From assembly GCA_032128375.1 (NCBI GenBank), contig JAQBGU010000026.1, positions 1 to 20,717 on the forward strand: a DNA stretch of 20,717 nucleotides. The letters are read 5' to 3'. Positions 1 through 9,417 of this stretch are shown here, piece after piece (the first letter of the stretch is position 1; each line of letters opens with the position of its first letter). The position numbers and the translations under genes are program-made. Origin of the DNA: Deltaproteobacteria bacterium (lineage in GTDB: Bacteria; Myxococcota_A; UBA9160; SMWR01). The notes under the pieces were generated by a model. It ran no database searches. It was not told the origin of the DNA and worked only from the letters and a program-made list of their open reading frames with translations.

Positions 1-300
1 CCGACCCATAGTAATGGTGCGGGCCTTCCTCTGTCGCGTTGAGATCGGCCTCGACTCACCTTCCGCGAAATCGTCGAACCGTCCGAGGGCTCAGCAGCGC
101 GTACCCCGCCCGGATGGACCGGAATCGAACCGCTCTCCGCGACGGTGCTGACGACGGCCGAAGTATGGAGGAGTTCGCATCAGTGCCGCGTTTGGTGCCT
201 GCCCTGGACTCGATGCAGGGCGCCAATTGGACCTAACGATACGGCGCACCCCCGGTCTCACGACTGGGGAATAGTCAGGTGTGGTACAGGGGTCTTGACA

Positions 301-595
301 TCTCAATCTCGGTACCGGCGAGCAGAACGGCAAACTCTTCCCCGCCATAGCGTGCAATGAAATCAGTTTCACGCAGATTTATTGCCATAACTTCGGTTAT
401 CTTGATCAACACCCTTTCACGGGCCACATGCCCAAACCGATCATTCACACCCTTGAAGTCATCGACATCCCAGAGCATCAGCACCATCGGCGGCTGGAAC
501 CGTTTCCAGCGGCCATACTCCTGCGTGATGCGCCCATCGCAAGCCAGCCTATTTGGCACGCCTGTTAGCGCATCGCGCAGCGCCTGATCCTGGGC
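301..595 (-). pseudogene. Diguanylate cyclase (GGDEF domain) internal fragment
   Basis: ORF 275..631 reads ALRDALTGVPNR...LMLWDVDDFKGVNDRFGH...LRETDFIARYGGEEF (D-x-LTG-x-x-NR, DxDxFKxxND, RxxD I-site, GGEEF). Similarity stops about 10 aa after GGEEF, the C-terminal third and any sensor domain are missing, and GC is visibly lower than the flanks. Confidence 0.9.
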
Positions 596-648
596 TTCGC
601 TCGAACGTCCGCGTGAATCCTCGGAATTCAATTCGAACGAGGAGCAGA

Positions 649-2478
649 ATGGCGACTTCCGCGCAGCCCGGGTCCCTACCGACGAGGCAGTCGTGGCTTC
701 TCGGTCGCGCTGCGGATCTGTTCATCGGCTGCGGGCTCGCCTATCTCCTGTCCGTCCCTGTCCTCTTTCTGACGAGTCAGATGACGGGCGTCACCGCTTT
801 CCCTCGTGCGTTTGCGGCCCTCGTGGCCTTGCTCATCAATGCGCCCCACTATGGCGCCACGATCGTGCGGGTCTACGACACGGGAGCGGATCGCAAGAAG
901 TACGCCTTCTTCGCCGTCTACGTCACGATCGCGCTGGCGGCGCTCTTCGCAGCGTCTTCATGGAATGTCTGGATCGCGTCTGTGTTGATCACGGCATACG
1001 TGGTCTGGAGCCCCTGGCACTTTTCGGGTCAGAACTACGGCCTGATGCTGATGTTCCTGCGCCGACGCGGAATCGACGTCGACCCCACCACGAAGCGCCT
1101 GCTCTACGCGTCCTTCGTGCTTTCGGCGGGGCTCGCGATCATCGCGATCCAGGGTGGGAACGAGGCGTCCGTGTTCGCTCCAGAGACGCTGCCAGTGGCC
1201 AACACGCCGAGGGTCATGCATTGGAATCTTCCAGCGATGTTCACGGACACCGCTGGGATACTTGCGTTCGCCGCGTACCTGGGATGTCTCTTCGCGGCGG
1301 CGTGGCGGCTGCGGCTCCGTGCGCGATTTCGTGACCTCGTACCCGCGACGCTCCTCGTATTGAATCAAGCGCTCTGGTTCACGATCCCAGCGATCCTCGC
1401 AAACGGAAATGAGATGTCAGGGACATCGCTCGCCTTTGCCGCGGTCTGGGTCAACGTGGCGCACTCGCTCCAGTACCTCTGGGTGACGTCCTACTATGCA
1501 CGGAGCTCAGGGACCGACACCTCGCTGCGCAGCTTCTTGCTGAAGTCCTTCGTAGCCGGCACTGCAGTGGTCACATTACCCGGTCTGATCCTCGCCCCGA
1601 ATCTCTTGGGCGCGACCCCATTGGATGCGGGGCTGGCAGCGGCACTCTTCTCGATCGTCAACATCCATCATTTCATCCTCGATGGAGCAATCTGGAAGCT
1701 ACGGGACGGCCGTGTCGCTCGCGTCTTGCTGCGAGCTCCGACGACTGGTGCCGACGTCGAGCCCCTCTTCCTGCCGCGGCGCCGACCCTGGCTCCGCCAG
1801 CTGGTTTGGGCGGTCGCGGCGGCCAGCATCCTGATCCCGATCTTGAGCATCGTTGAACTGAATGCGATCCAGTCGAGTACGCAATCCGACCAGGTCGATC
1901 GGGCGCTTCGGACGCTCAAGTGGATCGGTCGGGAAACCACGGAGATGCAGCTCCAGATCGCTGAGCGCTATGCGGCGGTGGGACACCACGAAAAAGCCAT
2001 CGAGCACTATCGCCGGAGCGTCGAGCTCTTCCCGACGGGGCGAGCGTGGGCAGGGCTGGGCGTCGAGTATCGCTGGCTAGGCGATTGGGAGGCCGCACTG
2101 AACGCCTTCGAAGCAGCGGTCGCGCTCAACCCAGAGTTCTTCGGCGCTCACTTCAGGCGCGCCGAAGCATTGCTCGAGCTCGAATCGTCCGCTTCTTTGG
2201 CCGATGCACGAAACGAGGCCATCGCAGCTCTGAAGCGTGCTCTTGAAATCGAACCCGGCTACTCGGAGGCGCTGGCGATGTTGACGCGCGCGTATGCCGA
2301 AGTGGGGCGAAACGATCTTGCGCTGATCGCGCTCGAGCGTGCTCTCGAAGACGTCGAGCCATCCGAGCAGCCTGGGATTCGCGCGCAAATCGGGAGACTT
2401 CGCTCTCAGGGTGTTGTGTCAGGCGCTGAAGCCAGGGGATCGCCGTGCGCAGACTGTGATGCGGCAGAGGCGCGGTAG
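649..2478 (+). CDS. Polytopic membrane protein with conserved His motifs and C-terminal TPR repeats
   Basis: ATG at 649 follows GAGGAG (639-644), so the ORF-track start at 553 is probably too long. About 10 hydrophobic segments with NAPHYGAT, PWHFSGQNYG, AHSLQYLW and IHHFILDGAIWKLR, followed by TPR-like repeats (AIEHYRRSVELFP, ALNAFEAAVALNP, AIAALKRALEIEP). Confidence 0.85.
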   Translation: MATSAQPGSLPTRQSWLLGRAADLFIGCGLAYLLSVPVLFLTSQMTGVTAFPRAFAALVALLINAPHYGATIVRVYDTGADRKKYAFFAVYVTIALAALFAASSWNVWIASVLITAYVVWSPWHFSGQNYGLMLMFLRRRGIDVDPTTKRLLYASFVLSAGLAIIAIQGGNEASVFAPETLPVANTPRVMHWNLPAMFTDTAGILAFAAYLGCLFAAAWRLRLRARFRDLVPATLLVLNQALWFTIPAILANGNEMSGTSLAFAAVWVNVAHSLQYLWVTSYYARSSGTDTSLRSFLLKSFVAGTAVVTLPGLILAPNLLGATPLDAGLAAALFSIVNIHHFILDGAIWKLRDGRVARVLLRAPTTGADVEPLFLPRRRPWLRQLVWAVAAASILIPILSIVELNAIQSSTQSDQVDRALRTLKWIGRETTEMQLQIAERYAAVGHHEKAIEHYRRSVELFPTGRAWAGLGVEYRWLGDWEAALNAFEAAVALNPEFFGAHFRRAEALLELESSASLADARNEAIAALKRALEIEPGYSEALAMLTRAYAEVGRNDLALIALERALEDVEPSEQPGIRAQIGRLRSQGVVSGAEARGSPCADCDAAEAR

Positions 2479-2660
2479 ATGGATCGGAAAGAGCGGCCGC
2501 GCCTCGAAGTCGGTACAGCGCTTTTGCAGGCGAACTCGCCCCGGACGCACGGACCAGGAGACCGAGATGGATGGGCCTTGCGTACTGAGTCTGGTGACGA
2601 AGTCAGCAACCCTTCGACTAGCCGGTGGCCCGGAGGGTCGGCGGCGCCGCGGCGGTCGCC

Positions 2661-2838
2661 CCGGTCGAGGTAGTGGCGAAGGCCCGGCGGCGGCAGTTCT
2701 CGGCCGCGTACAAGGCGCGTATCCCGCGCGAGGCGGAGGCCTGGCGCCGGCTCGGGGCAGATCGGCGCGCTGTTGCGCCGTGAGGGGCTGAACTCCTCGC
2801 ACCTGACCGAGTGGCGCCGGCTCCGCGCACGGGGAGCC
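2661..2838 (+). pseudogene. IS3-family transposase OrfA (HTH) remnant, frameshifted and truncated
   Basis: Hand translation PVEVVAKARRRQFSAAYKARIPREAEA, a frameshift near 2742, then GQIGALLRREGLNSSHLTEWRRLRARG. This matches the RRxFSxxYKxRIL...GxIGALLRREGLYSSHLxxWR OrfA pattern. No OrfB follows. Confidence 0.85.
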
Positions 2839-3175
2839 GCGATTGGATCGAGCGGGGACAGGCTCACGTGACCGTGCACTCTCCGGTGTACGACGGGGAG
2901 GGTTTCAGGGTGGAGGTCGATGCTGCCATTCCCGATGCCTACACGGCGCAGTGGAGCAGCGTCTGCTCCGGCTGGTGGTGCTCGTACTCTGCCACGGGAC
3001 CCAGTCGGAACCGGGTGGAATATTGCACGGGGCAATTGGAGGGGATCGTAGAACCGATCGCAAGCGCCCGCTGCCCTTCACCCGACGATGGCAATACCGC
3101 GGCGATACAGACCCCCCAAAACCAATGCCAACAGAGGGATACACCTCGGCTCCGCTAGCGTTTTCCGTATAATAG

Positions 3176-3198
3176 GTGGGGCCACACTGGGGTCACTT
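3176..3198. repeat. Candidate integrase arm-type repeats, left of att core
   Basis: Tandem GTGGGGCCACAC / TGGGGTCACTT. GGTCACTT recurs exactly at 3499-3506 on the other side of the tRNA fragment. Confidence 0.4.
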
Positions 3199-3352
3199 TG
3201 GCACGAAATGCCCGGAAAGAACCGGTCATTTGGCAGCCCTCCGCGTATCTCATTGATTCTTGGGCCGTTTTCGAACCTTGAATCGTTCTTCGAACCTGAG
3301 GGCGATCTGTGACCGATCAGGGAGCAGATCGTATCAGCGCCGCGCAGGGAAC

Positions 3353-3426
3353 GGGGGTTCGCGGCCAAGCTTCGCTTGGCTGCGCAATCCGGCAAAGCCG
3401 GATCGCGAATCCCTCCCGGCGTGCCA
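3353..3426 (+). other. tRNA 3' fragment (T-arm, acceptor 3' strand, CCA; Arg-like), att core interrupted in the T-loop
   Basis: Removing 3361-3406 gives GGGGG-TTCGAAT-CCCTC-CCGGCGT-G-CCA: 5-bp T stem, canonical T loop, 7-nt acceptor strand, discriminator and CCA. No D-arm or anticodon half is visible upstream. The Arg assignment is by resemblance only. Confidence 0.8.
3361..3406. repeat. 46-nt twin-hairpin insert
   Basis: GCGGCCAAGC-TTC-GCTTGGCTGC (3361-3383) directly followed by GCAATCCGGC-AAA-GCCGGATCGC (3384-3406). Each is a 10-bp stem with one non-Watson-Crick pair and a 3-nt loop. Confidence 0.9.
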
Positions 3427-3496
3427 TGGATTCCGAAGGTTGGACCGGCACTTGCGGCGTTTCGTCGTCACCGATACCGACTCGAGTATGTGTACT

Positions 3497-3517
3497 GTGG
3501 TCACTTGTGGGGGCACT
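3497..3517. repeat. Candidate integrase arm-type repeats, right of att core
   Basis: Tandem GTGGTCACTT / GTGGGGGCACT between the integrase remnant and the tRNA fragment, in the same orientation as 3176-3198. Confidence 0.4.
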
Positions 3518-3529
3518 CCTTTCGCCGCC

Positions 3530-3649
3530 AAGCCGGGTGAGGAGGTCGGCGGGAACTTCGCCCGGCTGAATATTCATCGGTTCGCGATGGCCGTCGCCGT
3601 CGATCCATCGCGCGTAATGTCGGGCTGTCACGCTCACGTCCGAGTGGTC
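3530..3649 (-). pseudogene. Tyrosine recombinase/integrase C-terminal remnant
   Basis: DHSDVSVTARHYARWIDGDGHREPMNIQPGEVPADLLTRL resembles box II (LG)H-x-D/S-x-x-x-T-x-x-x-Y carrying the catalytic Tyr. The frame points toward and reads into the antisense of the tRNA end (MARREGF). Everything upstream of the His is missing. Confidence 0.75.
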
Positions 3650-3873
3650 CACCGCTAGATCACGATCATCGAGAATCGCTGTCAGTATCCGAACTGTCGG
3701 AAATGGTTCGAAGCGCAGCGTTCCAGCCTCGCCGCAGCATCTGCCGCACGAGCCTCTGGTCCATACAAGCCCCCGTAAAGACCCGTGGCCGAACCTTCGG
3801 TGAAGCATCCTCCAGAACGGATGCAGAGGCGGCCTCGGATGAGGCCGCCTCCAACCCATTGCTCGTCCACCGT

Positions 3874-5028
3874 CTACTCGATGGTGAACTTCGTCATCAT
3901 CCCGGCATCGAGGTGATCGTTGACGTGGCAGTGATACATCCACGTACCGCGATTGTCCGCCCTCATGTCCAGGACCTTTCCGGACGCGGGGAGCACTTCG
4001 GTCACGTCAACCCGGTTGCCAGATTCGACGAGCGTCAAGCCGTGCCAGTGCGGCGTGTGGAGGTCGACCTCGGTTCCCATCGCGAACACGTACCAGCGGA
4101 TCCTCTCGCCCCGCTTGGCGTTGTAGCCGCGGTTGTGGCCCCAAAGCAGGCCGTTCATGCCGTGCATCAAGTTGCTCTCTTCGAGCAGGTCGGGATCCGG
4201 ATGCGAGTCGGGGTCGATTCCTGCGCGAGCGAGATTGAAATCTGCAAGCGAACTCGCATTTTCGTTGAAGACGGTGAACAGCGTGACGAACTCCCGATCC
4301 ACGCCGCTTGGCAGGCCGTTGCCCCGCAGCTCGCCCGATCGGTAGATGATTATCGCGCCGACCAGACCTGCGTTGGTATCGCCCGTTTCATGCGTGTGTC
4401 CGTGGTACAGCCACCCGATCGAGGACGCATCGTGTTGCGCAGGTCCCGCACGGTCCGGGACGCCCCAATCGTAGGTATAGGAACCTCCCGGCGGGACGGC
4501 GTCGTCATCGGGATCCGAGTTGGTCTCGTCACCGTTCGTACCCGAGTTCGCGTAGGGAGCGCCTTCGCCAGCCGCCGTGTAGAGAACTCCGTGTGGATGG
4601 ATCGACGTCGGAAACGACGAATTGTTGCGAAAATGCACGACGATCCGGTCGCCGACCTCGGCTCGAATCGTCGGTCCCATCGCACCGAGGTGTGCATTGG
4701 GGGCGCCGGAAGCGGGAGACCGGACCGTCGCACCGTCGAGCACGGTCGAGAAAGTCGGGTCGTAGGATTGGTAGAGAGCCTTTCGGTAGATCGGCCCGAC
4801 CACGGGCACACCGACGTCTGAACTGTCGCCGACGAACACGAGCTGGTCGTCGGTAAAGGGCATTCCGGACATCAGGTTGATCCCGCTCGGGACGTAGTTC
4901 CAGTCGACCTCATCGGCCGCGATCCAGTATTCGCGAACCTTCGCGCTCGACGCCGATGCGACAGACAAGCAAAGCAATGCGACCGTTAGACAAATGAACT
5001 TGTTGCCAGCAACCAGATGGCCGCTCAT
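3874..5028 (-). CDS. Secreted two-domain multicopper oxidase (small laccase/ceruloplasmin-like)
   Basis: RBS AAGGAG upstream and a Sec-type signal ending ASA. Copper motifs SIHPHG, WLYHGH, LHTPHWHG and WMYHCHVNDHLDAGM. Ceruloplasmin-like segments REYWIAADEVDWNY and HLGAMGPTIRAEVGD. Confidence 0.95.
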   Translation of the reverse strand: MSGHLVAGNKFICLTVALLCLSVASASSAKVREYWIAADEVDWNYVPSGINLMSGMPFTDDQLVFVGDSSDVGVPVVGPIYRKALYQSYDPTFSTVLDGATVRSPASGAPNAHLGAMGPTIRAEVGDRIVVHFRNNSSFPTSIHPHGVLYTAAGEGAPYANSGTNGDETNSDPDDDAVPPGGSYTYDWGVPDRAGPAQHDASSIGWLYHGHTHETGDTNAGLVGAIIIYRSGELRGNGLPSGVDREFVTLFTVFNENASSLADFNLARAGIDPDSHPDPDLLEESNLMHGMNGLLWGHNRGYNAKRGERIRWYVFAMGTEVDLHTPHWHGLTLVESGNRVDVTEVLPASGKVLDMRADNRGTWMYHCHVNDHLDAGMMTKFTIE

Positions 5029-5109
5029 TGGGGGGTACTCCTTGACGAAATTGTCGGCCGGATGTTCTCAGTAGTTTGTTGCAACCGCAAATCAAATTTT
5101 GGTAAACAC

Positions 5110-5124
5110 GATCATGAAATGATC
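5110..5124. promoter_or_regulatory. Palindrome in AT-rich region upstream of the multicopper oxidase, possible operator
   Basis: Perfect inverted repeat GATCAT-GAA-ATGATC about 80-95 nt upstream of the start at 5028. Confidence 0.25.
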
Positions 5125-5738
5125 AAGAAGTCGAACCCTCGATGCCTCGAGGTGGCGTGACACCGACGGAGGTCAGCACGGCGCTTTCGTCGGATGGGTT
5201 GACCGGGGCGCAGTCACCGTGCTTGATTGTCGTAGACACGGCTCGACTCAAATCAGGTACACCTTCCAGGTGCTCTTGAATGCAGCGAACCGACTGTCAC
5301 GGTTGTCGCGACTGGATCGCTGGGGCTTTCTGTGCGCGTGGGCGATTCCTGAATGAAATCGAGCGCGTCCGACTGGAGACCCGGTCGCGAAAAAATGAGT
5401 CTCTCTCCTGCTCTCACGCCCACCAGGTACCGGGAGCTGGTGCTCAACCGGCGAGATTCACGTGACCACGCCCGATTCGAGTCGGCCCTCCGACCGATGA
5501 TCGAACGGGCAAACCTCTTCGAGCAGACGGGCTCCGGTTGCAATACGATCGCAACCACCGACTGGAAGAAACACCAGATACGTGCGGCGCGAAATTCGAT
5601 CGGTCGGCAGTTTCGAATTCGCCGACGAGCGGTCCGTCACGTTGAAGGGAATCTCGGGCGAGCACAAGCTGGCGGCGGTAAGATGGTGAACGCCCTTTCT
5701 TCGGCACCCCGCCGCGATCGATCCGGGAGGCGCAGCTC

Positions 5739-8700
5739 GTGAACTGCTCCGCGTGCGGATTCGACAATCCGGCCGGCATGAAGTTTTGTGGCGATTGCGG
5801 CGCCGCGATCCGCTCGGGTTGCGCGAGTTGTGGATTCGAGAACCCGCCCGGCTTCAAGTTCTGCGGCGAATGCGGCGCGGCGATCGGAAGCCGGGTCGAG
5901 CCCGGGCCGGTCCCGAACGCTCGCCGCGCGACTACACGCCCAAGCACCTCGCCGATCGGATTCTGCGCTCCAAGTCCGCGATCGAGGGCGAGCGCAAACA
6001 GGTCACCGTGCTGTTCGCCGACGTCCGCAGTTCGATGGCGATCTCCGAGCGGATCGACGCGGAGCAGTGGCATCGGATCATGGATCGCTTCTTCGCGATC
6101 CTGTCCGACGGTGTGCATCGCTTCGAGGGGACCATCAACCAGTTCCGCGGCGACGGCGTGATGGCGATCTTCGGCGCGCCGATCGCTCACTGAAACGTGC
6201 AACCACGCGCAGCGCGCGTGTTATGCAACCCTCTACCTCCAACAGCACCTGCGTCCCTACGCGGACGAACTGCGGCTCAGCCACGGCATCAGCTTTTCGG
6301 TGCGGATGGGGCTCAATTCGGGTGACGTCGTCGTTGCGAAGATCGGCGACGACCTGCGGATGGACTACACCGCGCAAGGGCATACGTCCGGGCTCGCGGC
6401 GCGCATGGAGGAGATCGCCGAACCGGGCCACATCTACCTGACCGAACACACCCAGGCGCTCGCGTTCGGCTATTTCGCGTTCCGCGCGCTCGGGCCGATG
6501 CAGATCAAGGGCGTCGAGCAGCCGGTGCGCGTGTTCGACCTCGAAGGGCCGGGGCGGCTGCGCACGCGGCTCGATGTTTCGCGCGCGCGCGGATTCACGC
6601 GGTTCGTCGGGCGCATCAACGAGATGAGAACGCTCGAAGGCGTGCTCGATCAGGTCGCCGAGGGCGGCGGCCAGATCGTGGGCGTGATGGGCGAGGCGGG
6701 TGTCGGCAAGAGCCGCCTGTGCTCGGAGTTCGTCGAGCGCTGCCGCGCACGGGGGATCGTCGTGTTGGAGGCGCACTGCCCCGCGCACGGGCAGACCGTC
6801 CCGTTTGCCGCGAGCCTGCAGATCCTGCGGGCGATGTTCGGAATCGGCGAGCACGACGGTCCGGCTGAAGCCAGGCAGAAGGTGGCCGGCATGCTCGTGC
6901 TGCTCGACGAGCGCTTCCACGCGTCGTTGCCGCTGATGTTCGATTTTCTCGGCATCCCCGACCCGCAGCGCCCGGTCGCCGCGATGGATCCCGAAACGCG
7001 CCAGCGTCAGCTGATGGCGCTGTTTCGCGAGGTGAGTCAGATGCGCGCCGAACAGGAGGTGAGCATCACGTTGTTCGACGACCTGCATTGGGTCGACCCG
7101 GGCAGTGAGGACTTCTTGAAACAGTATGCAGACATGCTCCCGACATCGAGAACATTGCTGTTGTTGAATTTCCGCCCCGAGTACGATGCGAGCTGGATGC
7201 AGCGCTCGAGCTACAGCCAGATCTCGCTGCTTCCGTTCGGCCCCGACGGGATCAGCGATTTGCTGGCGGAGCTGTTGGGCGACGATCCCTCGCTCGAGCA
7301 GGTGAAGCCGGACATCGCGGCGCGAGCGAGCGGGAATCCCTTCTTCGTCGAAGAGCTGGTGCTATCGCTCGTCGAAGACGGCACGCTCGAAGGCGAACCC
7401 GGCGCCTATCGGATGACCCGCAGCTCCACTCGGCTGGCGATCCCGGCGACGGTCCAGAACATTCTCGCGGCGCGCATCGACCGGATCCCGGAGCAGGACA
7501 AGCTGGTGCTGCAATCGGCTGCTGTGGTCGGTCGCGACTTCACCGATTCGCTGCTCGCCCGGATCTGCGAGATCGGCGGTGAACGACTGGCTGCGTCACT
7601 CGATCGGCTCGCGAACGGCGAGTTCATCGTCGCGCGCTCCCTGTACCCCGAGGCGGAGTACATCTTCAAGCACGCGTTGACGCAGGAGGTCGCCTACGGA
7701 TCGCAGCTCAGCGATCGACGCCGCGCTACGCACGCCAGGGTCGCCGCTGCTCTCGAGGAGATTCACACCGAGCGGCTGGACGAGCGCGCCAACCTGATCG
7801 CACAGCATTGGGAAGATGCGGGGCAACCGATGCCGGCTGCGCGCTGGCACGCCCGTGCGGCGGCGTGGATGGGGCTTCGCGCAACCGCCCAGGCCGCGCG
7901 GCACTGGAGCCGGGTCTCGGAGTTGCTCGCGCATGTCCCGGAAACGGAAGAGACCCGCCAATTGGAGCTGGCGACCGCGCACTGGATGCTCGGTTGGGGG
8001 TGGCGGGTCGGTATCTCGCGCGAGGAGATCCGACGCGTCCGGGATCGCGCGAGCGACCTGACGACGCGCAGCGGTGACGACACCGCGAAGGCGCAGTTGG
8101 CGACAGTCGCCGGGATGGCGCTGAGCAACGGAGGCGATCTGTCAGAGTCGAACGAACAACTCGAGGCCGCGCTGGCCATCGCGGAACGGTTGGGGAATCA
8201 GGGCCTCCACGTCTCGGCGGTCGGGCAACTGGGTAACAATGCATTCATGGCCGGTGACTACGACCGGGCGACAGAATTGTTGGAGCGCTGCATCGAACTC
8301 ACCGGAGGGAACGTCGATATCGGGCGCGAAGTCGGCGGGTTCAGCCCCACGCTGATCTATCTGGGGAACTTCGGGTGGCAGTGCGTGCTCGCCGGCGAAC
8401 TGGACCGGGCGGAGCAGCTGTTCGCGGAGGGCCGCCGACTTTCGATCGCAGCCGGAGACGAGGAAGGTCTCGCGATCACCGCCGGATACTCGACGGAACG
8501 GTTGTGCGCATTGGGTGATCTGCCGGCCGCGCGAACCACGGTGCACGAATACCTCGAATGCGCCGAACGCATCGGGAACGCGGCGTATCGGGGGGGAGCT
8601 CAACAGCGGCTCGGCCAGGTGTCGGAACTCGCCGGCGATTGGGATGCCGCGGTCGACGCCTACGGGGCCGGGGTCCGCGAGTTCCAGAGCGCGAGGCTTC

Positions 8701-9095
8701 CGCTCTGGGAGGCGCAATCGCTGGCGGGGCTGTCGCGCGCGCTGCTGGAGACGAACGATCTGGCCGGAGCGATGCGCGCCGCCGAGGCCGCAGCAGCGGT
8801 CTCCGCAGATTTTCCGGAACTCCTGCTCCCACAGATCGAAGCGCGCATCGCGATGGCGCGGGTACGGCTGCGATCCGGCGACACCGGCGCCGACACAAGG
8901 CGCCTGCTCGACGAAGCCGCCGAACTCGTCGAGCGCACCGGAACCCGCTTGCTGGCGCCGATCATTGCGATCGAACGCGCCGAACTCGCCAGGCGAAGCG
9001 GCGACACTGACACGAAAGAGAGACATCTCGAAGAGGCGCGCCGCCTGTACCGCGCGATGGGGATCAGCCGACTCCCGGATCAACTGGGCGGTTGA
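5739..9095 (+). pseudogene. Double zinc ribbon + class III adenylate/guanylate cyclase + AAA ATPase + TPR-like protein, split across three frames
   Basis: 5739: CSACGFDN..KFCGDCG..CASCGFEN..KFCGECG. A frameshift at about 5885-5915 leads to RDYTPKHLA..GERKQVTVLFADV..NQFRGDGVMAIFGAPIAH-stop(6193). It resumes at 6201 with NHAQRACY..RMGLNSG..LAARME, Walker A GEAGVGKS, Walker B LFDDLHWVD, GNPFFVEE, FKHALTQEVAY and a helical tail. Confidence 0.92.
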
Positions 9096-9104
9096 AGAGG
9101 TCTC

Positions 9105-9417
9105 GTGTCCGTCGATGAGATTCGGATCGTTCTGATCGATCCCCAGCACTCCGGAAACATCGGTGCCGTCGCCCGCGCGATGAAGACGATGGGCTTGAGG
9201 CCCTATCTCGTTCGGACATCCGAATTTCCCAGCTACGAAGCGGAGCGAAGAGCCCCCGGATCGACCGATATTCTCGAGCGGGCGATCGTGTCGGACGACG
9301 CGGCCGAGGCGGTCCGCGATTGTCAACCCGTGATCGGCGGATCCGCGCGAACGCGGTCGCACGCTCTGCCTGTGGTCGACGCGCGCGAGTCCGCCAGCAT
9401 GCTCGTCGCTGTGTCGG
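9105..9417 (+). pseudogene. trmJ: TrmJ/TrmH-family (SPOUT) RNA methyltransferase, N-terminal fragment
   Basis: IRIVLIDPQHSGNIGAVARAMKTMGL...DILERA...VIGGSAR. It ends before the VFGRE and SLNL knot motifs. Confidence 0.85.

Noticed and set aside
2811..3158. 115-aa Cys/Trp-containing ORF after the IS3 remnant
   Set aside because: Its start lies inside IS debris and no family is recognisable. It may be a 3' gene fragment but is unsupported.
3361..3406. Rho-independent terminator
   Set aside because: No U-tract on either strand, and its position inside a T-loop is better explained as an insertion.
3300..3426. Complete tRNA gene, or tRNA with a canonical intron
   Set aside because: No acceptor 5' strand, D-arm or anticodon arm upstream. 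The insert is too short for a group I intron and shows no clear bulge-helix-bulge.
3703..4821. 372-aa plus-strand ORF
   Set aside because: Antisense shadow of the multicopper oxidase, with no motifs of its own.
5253..5742. Overlapping short ORFs upstream of the cyclase
   Set aside because: No recognisable motif or consistent coding signal on either strand.
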